A stretch of DNA of 64,000 nucleotides from Macrostomum lignano (taxonomy: Eukaryota): NCBI GenBank assembly GCA_002269645.1, contig NIVC01000887.1, positions 186,001 to 250,000 on the forward strand, written 5' to 3'. The notes under the pieces were generated by a model, which was not told the DNA's origin, did no database searches, and saw only the letters and a list, made by a program, of their open reading frames with translations. Positions 1 through 17,445 of this stretch are shown piece after piece. How positions within the stretch are numbered: the stretch's first letter is position 1; every line of letters starts with the position of its first letter. The translations under genes and the position numbers were made by a program.

Positions 1-105
1 CCTGGTGCTGGCGCCCCTGGTGCTGGCGCCCCTGGTGCTGGCGCCCCTGGTGCTGGCGCCCCTGGTGCTGGCGCCCCTGGTGCTGGCGCCCCTGGTGCTG
101 GCGCC
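1..105. repeat. 15-bp tandem repeat (CCTGGTGCTGGCGCC) x7, probably truncated by window edge
   Basis: Seven perfect copies read directly; one frame reads PGAGA repeats, but there is no coding context in the window. Confidence 0.95.
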
Positions 106-149
106 CTGCAGAGTGACGGACTGCGCATATCGTTGGGATCCCAAAGAAA

Positions 150-1260
150 CCAGGCTCCGTTAAGATCGAAGAGAAGAGAGTATCACGGGATTTCACTAAT
201 GCCCTGCATGGCTAAGCTGTTTAACAGGGTTCGGCTGTCGCGGCTGAAGCCGATGCTGGACCCGCAGAACGGATTTTGGCCAGCCACCATTTGCATCTTC
301 GTGGAATTCCTGAAGGCCTTTGACTCGGTGATGAGGCGGGTCATCACGACCATCCTGCGCGCGTATCACTTACCTGAGCAACTGGTGACGGCTGTGTTGG
401 CTCTGTAACAGGAGACTAGGACTGTTCGTCCTGATCCTGGACTGGGTACTGCGCACCGGCCTACCTGACGACTCCAACGGATTCTTGCTCTGTCGCAGAA
501 CAAGCAGGCGACACCCCGAGAAGCGACTCTCCGTCCTAGCGTACGCGTACAGCCTAGCGCTGCTGTCTAGCTCAGCTGAAGGAGCTCAACGCCTGCTAGA
601 CCAGCTGACGGCGGCGGCCGTTGCGATTGGACTGTCCGTGAACACCAAAATGGTGCTGACCGTCCGAAAGGGCAGGCGGCGTTGCTGCCTCGCTGCAAAG
701 AGTTCATCTATCGGCGGTCTTGTGCCAAGCAACATAGACGACGTGGCACGGCGCAGGGCGCTTGCCTTGGGGGGGGGATGGCGCATTTCGCACAGTGCGG
801 ACTGTCTTGCAGTGCCCCACGCTGCCGGATCGCTGAGAGGGCGGCTGTTCCAGGCAGTCATACGAGTAGAAGCTTTCCTGATCTTTACAATGCTGAAACG
901 TGGACACTGACCCGCAGGAGCGGCAACTCGACACCGCTCACGCTGGACTTCTGCGAGCCGCCTTAGGTGTCCACTACTCGCCGACCGCCACCACCAGCAC
1001 CAGCAATGACGCGCTATACCGTCGGGCCCGGCTCTTCCGACCATGCCAGCTGAGCTGCGCATCCGGCGCCTACTGCTGGCGGCGGCCACGTCATCCGAGC
1101 AGAACAGTACTGTCCTGAGCCGCTGCAGGACGTGCTGCTGCTCTCTCCCTTCAAGGACCGCGGCGGCTTGGTCAGGCGAGAAGTCTGCGTTTTGTCGACT
1201 TGCATGCTTCTAAGAGACGCAGAGAATTTCGGACCCTCACGGACGCGCGCTGTTCTGCGC
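150..1260 (+). mobile_element. Degenerate non-LTR retrotransposon (RTE-like LINE) reverse transcriptase fragment
   Basis: RT motifs spread over several frames with stops and frameshifts: GISLMPCMAKLFNR..RL..QNGF, FVEFLKAFDSV, LFVLILDWVLR, LAYAYSL (decayed YADD), EFIY (FxYLG-like), LYNAETWTLT, LLRAALGV..SNDALYRR. Boundaries approximate. Confidence 0.85.
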
Positions 1261-1713
1261 AACTCTGCGCTTGCGCTCGCATTTTGACAGCAGCCAAGCT
1301 GGCCTGTCCAGGGCTGCTGTAGTTTGTTTTTTATGGAACTTGTTAGGTGTTATTTAAATAAAATCTCAATACCCGTTTTTTTATACAAAACTTTTGCGTG
1401 AATATTGAGTGAATGAATATATTTTTAGCTGTTGTATTTTTTTCAAACGTGAATAATTTTAACTTCATTTTTATAAAACTTCGATGATTAATTTTGCGTT
1501 TCATCTGCGCTGTTAAAGCAACGGCATCCAAATAGTGCATCCCAAATAAAAGCAGAATAAATATTTATGAATACATGAAAAATTACAAAAATATCTGGTG
1601 TTAGTTTTTACGACTTCGAGGTTAAAAGTGCCGTTTACTATACAGTACTCTGTCCAGCTGTAATGATGAACACAATATATATGTTGTCATACTGGATATT
1701 CGGTGTTCAGTGT

Positions 1714-4580
1714 TCAGACATGGGTGCCGTCATCTTTGCGAATCTTGTTCACCATGCACGAAGCGATTACGACGCAGAAAATCTGGAAAAAATTATTAAG
1801 GTAGGTCCCCATAACTCAAAATGTAGAAGCAGCATTTTCTAAAATTTAGGCGACATTCTCTGATGCACAAATTTTGTCGGATACTTTCTATTTTTTAATT
1901 AACCAACCGGATGTTAAAATTTAATCTTTTACGATTGTTTAGTTAAACTAGAAACTCTCCAGATTTGTTTTTTAATTCAACTTCTAAGAATTGCTACAGT
2001 TTAATATTTCTGTTATTTGTTTTTTTAGTCTAAATGCTATTTCTAAGTTGTTTTGTTAAGTAAAGATTTTTGTTAAAATGTAAAGATAATTTAAATTTGT
2101 GTTGCTATTGAAAAGTGCATAAAATGTAAAGATAATTTACACATGAAATAAATGCATGAAATTCTCTAAATAGCTCCGTAATCCTAAAATAAATATAAAT
2201 ATAGATTTAGCTCATCACGCAAATTTAATTTTTTTGTTAAAATTACCTCAAACACGGCGACAACGACGCAGACGATGATGATGGGCAGCGCGTAAAAGTC
2301 GATCGTTTTTTCCAGTTTGTTGTAGCAGCCCTGAAATTGACATTTTCAATGCTTTTTGTTACTTTTCAGCAGTTTCATGCTTCGTCTGAGATGCTGGTTC
2401 AAAAGTTTATAAAAAATCTAATTGAAGACATTACATTACAAACAAATTCATAAACCAACATTACAAATTCGTAAACCACAACTATGCTCTCTTAACCGGA
2501 CTTCGCAAAAATTTGCTTCCAAAAGACATCCCTGTCTAGAAAAAAAGGCACCCAGAAAAAGCACTCTGAAGAGAGGAGCCGCTGAAATATTGCTTCGCCA
2601 CCTGCAAAAAAATATTCATTGTCGACCTCCAAAACCATATATATACTATCTGACATTATTTCTTTCTAATTGCTAAGTCTAAAAATATGAGACTTTGTTT
2701 GCTGAGGTGCTAAACAACTGGGGTTGTAGCCTTGTGGTTAGAGTGTCGGAATCACAACTGAAAGGTCGGGGGTTCGATTCTCGACCCATTCGGAACAATT
2801 TGTGTCCTTGAGCAAGACACTTAACTCTGCATTGCTTCAGCTCACCCAGCTGTAAAATGGATGTCAGCATTAGCTGGGGAAATTGAGGCTGTGTGTGGCG
2901 ACCCCCCCCCCCAGTCCTTTGACTGAACAGCCGTACGCAGCCTTCAGTTCTGGCCCAATTAAGGCAGGTGTAATCTACAGGTGTAAAAACTGGGAAATGT
3001 CTATCAAGCTACAGTGCTTTTTAAAGCGGAAACCGGTCTCAGGTGAAGTCCTACTTGTTAAACTGTCCATACGACAATCAAGCACGGCTTTAGTATAAAA
3101 ACATGCTTAGCTCAGAAATTCACCTCGGTCAGCGAATTCATGCCGGTGTTCGGACACGTTGGATCAGACAAATAGTCGCGCGAATTCTTCCAATCATTCT
3201 TAGACAGCAGTTCGTTCTTTGTCGACTTCATCTTGCAGCAGGTGACCGGCATGACCTGCCACAGGCCGTTGTAGTAGCGCTCGGATTTGCTCCACTTGGT
3301 GTCGCTGCCGGTGATGTCCGACTGGTTGTTGACGCCGCAGCATTCAAGCTGAAATTTATAGCGCATAATTAACTTACGCCTATTGTTCCAACATAACTAC
3401 TATTAGTAGGTTAGCTACGAATTTTACTGGTACTTACAGAAACTTGCAGGTAGTTTATGTAGGTGGTGATGGTGACGTCCGTGCTAGACTCATTGCTGAG
3501 AGTCTGGTTCAGCGGAATGAAGTGGTTCTTCTCAAGGGTGATGAAGCGCGGCTTGAGCTCTTTGCTAATTTGATTTTTGAACACCGCGGCCACGATAGCT
3601 CCAGCGATTTCCGCGGCAAGGATGATGGAGATGGAAACTGCGTACTGCAATGGGGAATCAGTGTCTTTAATGTTTAATTAGTGGGCCGCCACTAGCTTCA
3701 GGGTTCTCAATTAGTGGGCCGCTACTATAGCTTCAGGGTCCTCAATTAGTGGGCCGCTACTATAGCTTCAGGGTCCTCAATTAGTGGGCCGCCACTAGCT
3801 TCAGGGTTCTCAATTAGTGGGCCGCTACTATAGCTTCAGGGTCCTCAATTAGTGGGCCGCTACTATAGCTTCAGGGTCCTCAATTAGTGGGCCGCTACTA
3901 GCTTCAGGGTTCTCAATTAGTGGGCCGCTACTAGCTTCAGGGTTCTCAATTAGTGGGCCGCTACTAGCTTCAGGGTCCTCAATTAGTGGGCCGCTACTAG
4001 CTTCAGGGTTCTCAATTAGTGGGCCGCTACTATAGCTTCAGGGTTCTCAATTAGTGGGCCGCTATTAGCTTCAGGGTCCTCAATTAGTGGGCCGCTACTA
4101 GCTTCAGGGTCCTCAATTAGTGGGCCGCTACTAGCTTCAGGGTCCTTAATTAGTGGGCCGCTACTAGCTTCAGGGTCCTCAATTAGTGGGCCGCTACCCT
4201 AGCTTCAGGGTCCTTAATAATTGGAAGTCTAAAACGACTTTTTTTCACCCCTAGCAAGCAAGCGGGGAGCAGCTCACAAAGATCAGCATGCAGGCGTTCT
4301 CCTTGATGGCGCCGCAGCAGCCGCAGAATCCGATGATGATTGACAGGCCGCCGAATGCCACGGCAATGTAGGCGGCAGCCAATAGAGTGGACGTGCCATT
4401 CAAATAGTTGTCCATGGTCTTACTATCAACATTGACGTCCTTGGTTAGCAGCTGCATGAACTCGAACAGGCTGCCCTGAGAGGCGATCACCCAGATGGAC
4501 ACGGCGGTGATGGCGACGCCGAAGATGAGGAACACCACATTGATGGCGATCAGCATGCACTTGTTGAAGCAGTTGCACAT
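1714..4580 (-). CDS. Tetraspanin paralogue A, 5 coding exons, ~295 aa
   Basis: Exons 4580-4278, 3644-3438, 3348-3124, 2330-2247, 1782-1714; all GT-AG and phase 0. Four hydrophobic TM segments, GFCGCCGA after TM2, large-loop CCG, PVTCC, DPTCP and GCY; ends IFCVVIASCMVNKIRKDDGTHV*. Confidence 0.93.
2720..2880 (+). mobile_element. tRNA-derived SINE with CORE-like central domain (tetraspanin A intron 3)
   Basis: A-box-like TAGCCTTGTGG (~2727), B-box GGTTCGATTC (2771), then GTGTCCTTGAGCAAGACACTTAAC...CTGTAAAATGG resembling the MIR/CORE-type SINE central domain. 3' end uncertain. Confidence 0.75.
3675..4218. repeat. 33/35-bp minisatellite (CAATTAGTGGGCCGCTACTAGCTTCAGGGTCCT) in tetraspanin A intron 1
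   Basis: About 16 near-identical units read directly. Confidence 0.95.
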
Positions 4581-5629
4581 GTTTGCTTGGCTGGGGTTTT
4601 CGGGCTATTGATTAATTAGTATCTGGTAGAATAAAGCCGAGAGAGCAGAGCAAGCAGACTTGAAGACTACGCCCCTGAGAACTAACAGTTTGCAGTGTGC
4701 AGTGGCAGTCGTTGCATTTATGGATTTTCAGCCTCCCCCTTAAGCTTCCTTCCCTCCTACTCCCTGCCCTGTCGCGTTTCAAACCTGCTCTACCTCACCA
4801 TGCGCGAGGGGGTAAATAGTCTCTGTTACCATGGCAACACTGTACAGTGCCACGCATAGGACAGAGACGGCAAGCAGTACGCGGGACAGAGAGAGAGACT
4901 TGCACTCAGCATGACTCAAAGACAACAATATAAGAGAGTTCTCTCTCTCCCCCTTAGCTTTACAGCCCAGCCCGCATTGTTTATTACATGCGCGAAGCAA
5001 CTTTTGTGTTGCTAAATTTAGCCCGAACGACCTACCTGCGTCACTCACATTTCACATAGCTACTGAGTTACTGACTGCTTCAAGCCCTCCGCTTCTCCAT
5101 AGCTAATTCTCTTTTTCTGCACTGAGACTTTACCTGACTCAGCCAAGCTAAATATGCCGAAGGTTTAGCTGCATTATGAGCAATGCGCCTTTGGTTTAGG
5201 TTTTAGCATTTATCCATTATCAAAGAGATTTTACAGCATCCACAATATACGCTGTTGTGCTTGTTTCTAAAAATTGTCTTCGTGTGTTTTTTTTAATATT
5301 TAGCAGCTTCAGCTATGGCTCATTCAGTATTAACATTTTCACTAATTTTACAATCTTTACCTAATTTCGAACAGCATCTGTGATGCTGTGTCAAACGCAT
5401 TTGCCAAAACATTTTCGTTGTTTAAAAAAAAATGCAGCTTGGGCGTTTACTGACAGAGTCACACAAATTAACAGCTTAATCTTGCAAATTACCGAGTAGT
5501 CTAATTAGCCGATTAATTTGTCTCAGCTGAGGGCAAGCAATTAAACAATTTGCTTTTGCTAGGGTCACCTCTGCACTCGGCTAACCACATGACTCAAATT
5601 GGCATTGCATCGGGGATTCGAATCAAGCT

Positions 5630-8600
5630 CAGTTCCTGACCCATGCAGCTCGCAGCTCCATGTCTCAGCTGAGTCAGTCCCTGACCCATGCAGCTCACCG
5701 CCAAATCTCTCAGCTGAGTCAGTCCCTGACCCATGCAGCTCGCAGCCCCATGTCTCAGCTGAGTCAGTCCCTGACCCATGCAGCTCGCAGCCCAATGTCT
5801 CAGCTGAGTCAGTCCCTGACCCATGCAGCTCGCAGCCCAATGTCTCAGCTGAGTCAGTCCCTGACCCATGCAGCTCGCAGGCCCATGTCTCAGCTGAGTC
5901 AGTCCCTGACCCATGCAGCTCACAGTCCCATGTCTCAGCTGAGTCAGTCCCTGACCCATGCAGCTCACAGGCTCATCTCTCAGCTGAGTCAGTCCCTGAC
6001 CCATGCAGCTCGCAGCTCCATGTCTCAGCTGAGTCAGTCCCTGACCCATGCAGCTCGCAGCCCAATGTCTCAGCTGAGTCAGTCCCTGGCCCATGCAGCT
6101 CGCAGCCCAATGTCTCAGCTGAGTCAGTCCCTGACCCATGCAGCTCACAGTCCCATGTCTCAGCTGAGTCAGTCCCTGACCCATGCAGCTCACAGTCCCA
6201 TGTCTCAGCTGAGTCAGTCCCTGGCCCATGCAGCTCACAGTCCCATGTCTCAGCTGAGTCAGTCCCTGGCCCATGCAGCCCGCAGGCCCATGTCTCAGCT
6301 GAGTCAGTCCCTGACCCATGCAGCTCACAGTCCCATGTCTCAGCTGAGTCAGTCCCTGGCCCATGCAGCCCGCAGGCCCATGTCTCAGCTGAGTCAGTCC
6401 CTGACCCATGCAGCTCACAGTCCCATGTCTCAGCTGAGTCAGTCCCTGACCCATGCAGCTCACAGTCCCATGTCTCAGCTGAGTCAGTCCCTGGCCCATG
6501 CAGCTCACAGTCCCATGTCTCAGCTGAGTCAGTCCCTGGCCCATGCAGCTCACAGTCCCATGTCTCAGCTGAGTCAGTCCCTGACCCATGCAGCTCGCAG
6601 GCCCATGTCTCAGCTGAGTCAGTCCCTGGCCCATGCAGCTCGCAGGCCCATGTCTCAGCTGAGTCAGTCCCTGACCCATGCAGCTCGCAGGCCCATGTCT
6701 CAGCTGAGTCAGTCCCTGACCCATGCAGCTCACAGTCCCATGTCTCAGCTGAGTCAGTCCCTGACCCATGCAGCTCGCAGGCCCATGTCTCAGCTGAGTC
6801 AGTCCCTGGCCCATGCAGCTCACCGCCAAATCTCTCAGCTGAGTCAGTCCCTGACCCATGCAGCTCACAGCCCAATGTCTCAGCTGAGTCAGTCCCTGAC
6901 CCATGCAGCTCGATCACCGCCAAATCTCTCAGCTGAGTCAGTCCCTGACCCATGCAGCTCACCGCCAAATCTCTCAGCTGAGTCAGTCCCTGACCCATGC
7001 AGCTCGATCACCGCCAAATCTCTCAGCTGAGTCAGTCCCTGACCCATGCAGCTCACAGGCCCATGTCTCAGCTGAGTCAGTCCCTGGCCCATGCAGCTCA
7101 CAGTCCCATGTCTCAGCTGAGTCAGTCCCTGGCCCATGCAGCTCGCAGGCCCATGTCTCAGCTGAGTCAGTCCCTGGCCCATGCAGCTCACAGTCCCATG
7201 TCTCAGCTGAGTCAGTCCCTGGCCCATGCAGCTCACAGTCCCATGTCTCAGCTGAGTCAGTCCCTGGCCCATGCAGCTCACAGTCCCATGTCTCAGCTGA
7301 GTCAGTCCCTGACCCATGCAGCTCGCAGGCCCATGTCTCAGCTGAGTCAGTCCCTGGCCCATGCAGCTCGCAGGCCCATGTCTCAGCTGAGTCAGTCCCT
7401 GACCCATGCAGCTCGCAGGCCCATGTCTCAGCTGAGTCAGTCCCTGACCCATGCAGCTCACAGTCCCATGTCTCAGCTGAGTCAGTCCCTGACCCATGCA
7501 GCTCGCAGGCCCATGTCTCAGCTGAGTCAGTCCCTGGCCCATGCAGCTCACCGCCAAATCTCTCAGCTGAGTCAGTCCCTGACCCATGCAGCTCACAGCC
7601 CAATGTCTCAGCTGAGTCAGTCCCTGACCCATGCAGCTCGATCACCGCCAAATCTCTCAGCTGAGTCAGTCCCTGACCCATGCAGCTCACCGCCAAATCT
7701 CTCAGCTGAGTCAGTCCCTGACCCATGCAGCTCGCAGCCCAATGTCTCAGCTGAGTCAGTCCCTGACCCATGCAGCTCACAGGCCCATGTCTCAGCTGAG
7801 TCAGTCCCTGGCCCATGCAGCTCACAGTCCCATGTCTCAGCTGAGTCAGTCCCTGGCCCATGCAGCTCGCAGGCCCATGTCTCAGCTGAGTCAGTCCCTG
7901 GCCCATGCAGCTCACAGTCCCATGTCTCAGCTGAGTCAGTCCCTGGCCCATGCAGCTCACAGTCCCATGTCTCAGCTGAGTCAGTCCCTGGCCCATGCAG
8001 CTCACAGTCCCATGTCTCAGCTGAGTCAGTCCCTGACCCATGCAGCTCGCAGGCCCATGTCTCAGCTGAGTCAGTCCCTGGCCCATGCAGCTCGCAGGCC
8101 CATGTCTCAGCTGAGTCAGTCCCTGACCCATGCAGCTCGCAGGCCCATGTCTCAGCTGAGTCAGTCCCTGACCCATGCAGCTCGCAGGCCCATGTCTCAG
8201 CTGAGTCAGTCCCTGACCCATGCAGCTCGCAGGCCCATGTCTCAGCTGAGTCAGTCCCTGACCCATGCAGCTCGCAGCCCAATGTCTCAGCTGAGTCAGT
8301 CCCTGGCCCATGCAGCTCACAGTCCCATGTCTCAGCTGAGTCAGTCCCTGACCCATGCAGCTCGCAGGCCCATGTCTCAGCTGAGTCAGTCCCTGGCCCA
8401 TGCAGCTCGCAGGCCCATGTCTCAGCTGAGTCAGTCCCTGACCCATGCAGCTCGCAGGCCCATGTCTCAGCTGAGTCAGTCCCTGACCCATGCAGCTCAC
8501 AGTCCCATGTCTCAGCTGAGTCAGTCCCTGACCCATGCAGCTCGCAGGCCCATGTCTCAGCTGAGTCAGTCCCTGGCCCATGCAGCTCGCAGGCCCATGT

Positions 8601-8825
8601 CTCAGCTGAGTCAGTCCCTGACCCATGCAGCTCGCAGGCCCATGTCTCAGCTGAGTCAGTCCCTGACCCATGCAGTTCACCGCCAAATCTCTCAGCTGAG
8701 TCAGTCCCTGACCCATGCAGCTCACAGGCCCATGTCTCAGCTGAGTCAGTCCCTGACCCATGCAACTCACAGCCCCATGTCTCAGCTGAGTCAGTCCCTG
8801 ACCCATGCAACTCACTACCCCATGT
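5630..8825. repeat. 45-bp minisatellite (CCCATGCAGCTCGCAGGCCCATGTCTCAGCTGAGTCAGTCCCTGA), ~70 units, between the two tetraspanins
   Basis: Direct periodicity; variant units (CACCGCCAAATCTC, +GATC) recur as higher-order blocks. Explains all long ORFs at 5.6-8.9 kb. Confidence 0.97.
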
Positions 8826-9322
8826 CTTGAACAGCCAGTACTGTCATTTAAACAAAACAGTTCTCCCCTGAGAAGAAAGCAAAGGAAATGAGCGAACAGT
8901 CAGAAACACTATCCATAGTACTGATTCTAGTAGTGAATAGGCACACATTAATTTCAAATATCCTCATCGTTCAAGGACCGTTTGATCTGATAAAAAAGTT
9001 TTTTGGAGATATGAGTACTGTAAAACATAAATTGTGCTCAGTTTCATTGAGCAGGCAGTGAAGTTATAGCTCGTATTAAAAAGTGAAAAGTTAAAATGTC
9101 GAGAGTAACTACAGTGTACTGGAGTTCAAACAAAACTGATATATTATTGATTTCATATTTAAATCGTTTCGATCTTTTTTGTTTGAGAATTGTAAATAAA
9201 CATTTTCATGTATAAATATTTGCATCCTGATAATGTCTTTAATAAAAATGTTCCGCGTTGTAAAATGTTTAAATGTTTAACTCGCAGTTGTCCATGGCTT
9301 CAAAAGCTTGAGATGCGAAACT

Positions 9323-13605
<4,283 letters not shown>

Positions 13606-14289
13606 CTTTGCTGTGTTTGAATTTGATTTCCAATTGGGTTCAAGAACTGTTTTTGTGCTTTCGACAATAGGTTTTATCTTGGTCAGCCCGTATAAACTGG
13701 CCAGTATATAAACTTATGGTTTGCTTGTGTGGGGTATTATGCGGAAAATTCCATACATAATGCATTCGCCAAGTTTCTGTATGGGCCCCCCACCCGCCTC
13801 CAAAAACACTTCCATTGTTCAATATTCCGTCTCATTCGAGTTTTTCGTGGCTTAGACTGTGGGCCAGACTGCGTGATGACTCACACACATCCACAAAACT
13901 GCCGTGCTTCGAATTAAAAGGTACCAAAAAGTGTACAATTGTCTCCGAGAGGGGGGGGGAGAGTCCGCGGATCGGTTGTTTTGCGTAGCGAGCGCTGGCA
14001 CGTCTTGTCTCGCGGTATGCGAAATTGGGTATGACAGATAGATGCTCGGCATGAGACCACCTCACCTCAGCACAGACTGGTTCAACCGCTAATGATTTGA
14101 AAAATGTATTGAGTTCCCCAGTTTCTGTTCACTAACTGCAATAGACACTACTCACAAGTACTCATCGTGTAGTGCAAGCATTGCTTTGTAAAAAATAGGA
14201 ATACGAGCCGTAAATGAAATTTAAAAAATTGAGATTGAACCAATACAAAATTACCTGAAAAAAAGAAGAGAAAGCATAAGAATAAGAGA

Positions 14290-15320
14290 GACGGAGAAGA
14301 GATGGAGAAGTGATGGAGCAGAGATGGGGAAGAGATGAAGAAGAGATGGAGAAGTGATGGAGCAGAGATGAAGAAGAGATGGAGAAGAGATGGAGAAGAG
14401 ATGGAGCAGAGATGGAGAAGAGATGGAGCGGGATGGAGAAGAGATAGAGCGGGATGGAGAAGAGATGGAAAAGAGATGGAGAAGAGATGGAGAAGAGATG
14501 GAGCAGAGATGGAGAAGATACTGAGAAGGGATGGAGAAGAGATGGAGCGGGATGGAGAAGAGATGGAAAAGAGATGGAGCAGAGATGGAGAAGATACTGA
14601 GAAGGGATGGAGAAGAGATGGAGCGGGATGGAGAAGATACTGAGAAAGGGATGGAGAAGATACAGAGAAGAGACTGAGAAGGTATGGAGAAGATACAGAG
14701 AAGAGACTGAGAAGGTATGGAGAAGATACAGAGAAGAGACTGAGAAGGGATGGAGAAGATACAGATAAGAGACTGAGAAGGTATGGAGAAGATACAGAGA
14801 AGAGACTGAGAAGGTATGGAGAAGATACAGAGAAGAGACTGATAAGGGATGGAGAAGATACAGATAAGAGACTGAGAAGGGATGGAGAAGATACAGATAA
14901 GAGACTGAGAAGGTATGGAGAAGATACAGAGAAGAGACTGAGAAGGGATGGAGAAGATACAGAGAAGAGACTGAGAAGGGATGGAGAAGATACAGAGAAG
15001 AGACTGAGAAGGGATGGAGAAGATGCAGAGAAGAGACTGAGAAGGGATGGAGAAGATACAGATAAGAGACTGAGAAGGGATGGAGAAGATACAGAGAAGA
15101 GACTGAGAAGGGATGGAGAAGATGCAGAGAAGAGACTGAGAAGGGATGGAGAAGATGCAGAGAAGAGACTGAGAAGGGATGGAGAAGATGCAGAGAAGAG
15201 ACTGAGAAGGGATGGAGAAGATACAGAGAAGAGACTGAGAAGGGATAGAGAAGATACAGAGAAAATACTGAAAAGAGACGAGATTGAGAAGAGACTGAGA
15301 AGAGAGTGATAATAGATGAA
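14290..15320. repeat. Purine-rich array of 11-bp units forming 33-bp repeats (GAGACTGAGAAGGGATGGAGAAGATACAGAGAA)
   Basis: Direct periodicity, almost purely G/A on the plus strand. Confidence 0.93.
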
Positions 15321-16044
15321 GAAGCCATGGGCAAGGGATGGAGCAGAGACAGAAAGGAGAAAGAGAAGAGAAGAGGCAGAAGAGAAGATTCGGAAGGCAT
15401 TGAATTCAAAACTGGGTTCTCTGATGCTTTTTAAAAAAGTTGGCGTAAGACAACTACAAGTTGTGTTCATCTTGCCATAAAAGCTTTATAAAAATGCGGT
15501 CGTAAAGCATCAGTTCGCAGAAGAAAACTGTGACAGTTAAAATATTGTAGTTTATGAATTTCAATAGAAACCAGAGTTTGAATGGCACCTAGGAGGTTCG
15601 CCATGAGGTCAATAAGTTAAAATTGATTTGCAAAGAACATTTGCACATTAATATAGAGTTTTTATGAAAGAATTTCCCATAAATATTCGCCGTGATATTG
15701 AAATCTGCTCCGAGACCAACTACTTAACTCCTGGCTGTGTTAATGCACTCCCTCTGGTTACAGCCTCGGGCACGCTCTCGAGTAGACTGCTTTAGAATTG
15801 TTCTTAGTCGGAGAGGCACAGAGGGATGTGGAGGGGGGGGGGGCTCGCAACTGCGGCCATTCACGGGTGCAGGCATTTCAGCCTATACCGAAAAAGAACA
15901 GGAGAGCAACTATACAGACCGAAGATTCTCTCTGTAGACTTTTTACGGAGTCAGGTTTGCTGCGCTGCCGCTCTGTGCTCGCTCTGCCCAGGAGACCTGA
16001 CAACAAAATATGGAGTAGCGGCATTGGCCCGAATACTCTGCAGG

Positions 16045-16720
16045 TGGAAGCTAGATGGAAGGTGGAAGCTGGCTGGAAGATGGAAGCTAGATGGAAGGTG
16101 GAAGCTGGCTGGAAGATGGAAGCTAGCTGGAAGATGGAAGCTAGCTGAAAGAGGGAAGCTAGCTGAAAGAGGGAAGCTAGCTAGAAGAGGGAAGCTAGCT
16201 GGAAGAGGGAAGCTAGCTGGAAGATGGAAGCTAGCTGGAAGATGGAAGCTAGATGGAAGGTGGAAGCTGGCTGGAAGATGGAAGCTAGCTGGAAGATGGA
16301 AGCTAGCTGGAAGATGGAAGCTAGCTGAAAGAGGGAAGCTAGATGGAAGATGGAAGCTAGCTGGAAGATGGAAGCTAGCTGGAAGATGGAAGCTAGCTGA
16401 AAGAGGGAAGCTAGATGGAAGATGGAAGCTAGCTGGAAGATGAAAGCTAGCTGGAAGATGGAAGCTAGCTGAAAGAGGGAAGCTAGCTGAAAGAGGGAAG
16501 CTAGCTGGAAGAGGGAAGCTAGCTGGAAGAGGGAAGCTAGCTGAAAGAGGGAAGCTAGCTGGAAGACGGAAGCTAGCTGGAAGAGGGAAGCTAGCTGGAA
16601 GATGGAAGCTAGCTGGAAGATGGAAGCTAGCTGGAAGAGGGAAGCTAGCTGGAAGAGGGAAGCTAGATGGAAGATGGAAGCTAGATCGAAGATGGAAGCT
16701 AGCTGGAAGATGGAAGCTAG
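16045..16720. repeat. 18-bp minisatellite (GGAAGATGGAAGCTAGCT), copy 1
   Basis: About 37 units read directly. Confidence 0.96.
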
Positions 16721-16929
16721 CCCGAAACACTATCTCGAATGCTTGCCCTGCAGGCGAGTATCTGCCTCATATCTCATAGCTGAGCAGCAAGTTGACGCAT
16801 CGCTTGTTGGCCTTCTGTGCTCTGCCTTCAAATCTGCGACGATCAAGTCGCCCACCGATGCTGCAGGCGCTACAGGCGCTGCAAGGATAAAAGAGAGAAT
16901 AGATAAAGAAAACATGGAGAAGAGATAAG

Positions 16930-17445
16930 GAAGAGTTGGAAAAGTAATGAAGAAGAGAGGGAGAAGCAGAGAAGAGACAGAGAGGAGACGCAGAAGAGAT
17001 GGAGAAGAGACAGAAGCGACAGAGAAGAGACACAGAAGAGATGGAGAAGAGACAGAGAAGAGACGCAGAAGAGATGGAGAAGAGACAGAGAAGAGACGCA
17101 GAAGAGATGGAGAAGAGACAGAGAAGAGACGCAGAAGAGATGGAGAAGAGACAGAGAGGAGACGCAGAAGAGATGGAGAAGAGACAGAGAAGAGACACAG
17201 AAAAGATGGAGAAGAGACAGAGAAGAGACGCAGAAGAGATGGAGAAGAGATGCAGAAGAGAGAGAAGAAACAAAGAAGAGACACAGAAGAGACAGAGAAG
17301 AGACACAGAAGAGACACAGAAGAGACACAGAAGAGACACAGAAGAGACAGAGAAGAGACACAGAAGAGACACAGAAGAGACAGAGAAGAGACACAGAAGA
17401 GACACAGAAGAGACAGAGAAGAGACAGAGAAGAAACGAAGAAGAG
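16930..17445. repeat. Purine-rich 11/33-bp array (GAGACAGAGAAGAGACGCAGAAGAGATGGAGAA)
   Basis: Direct periodicity; shares the GAGATGGAGAA 11-mer with the 14.3-15.3 kb array. Confidence 0.93.

Noticed and set aside
1-105. PGAGA elastin/silk-like coding repeat
   Set aside because: Truncated by the window edge and followed by LINE debris; coding status cannot be supported.
2720-2790. Possible tRNA gene
   Set aside because: A/B boxes are present but there is no convincing acceptor stem, and it continues into a CORE-like SINE body.
5594-8871. Multiple 250-620 aa ORFs on both strands
   Set aside because: Translations of the 45-bp array; open only because the unit is a multiple of 3 and lacks stops in most frames. 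No unique domain or splice context.
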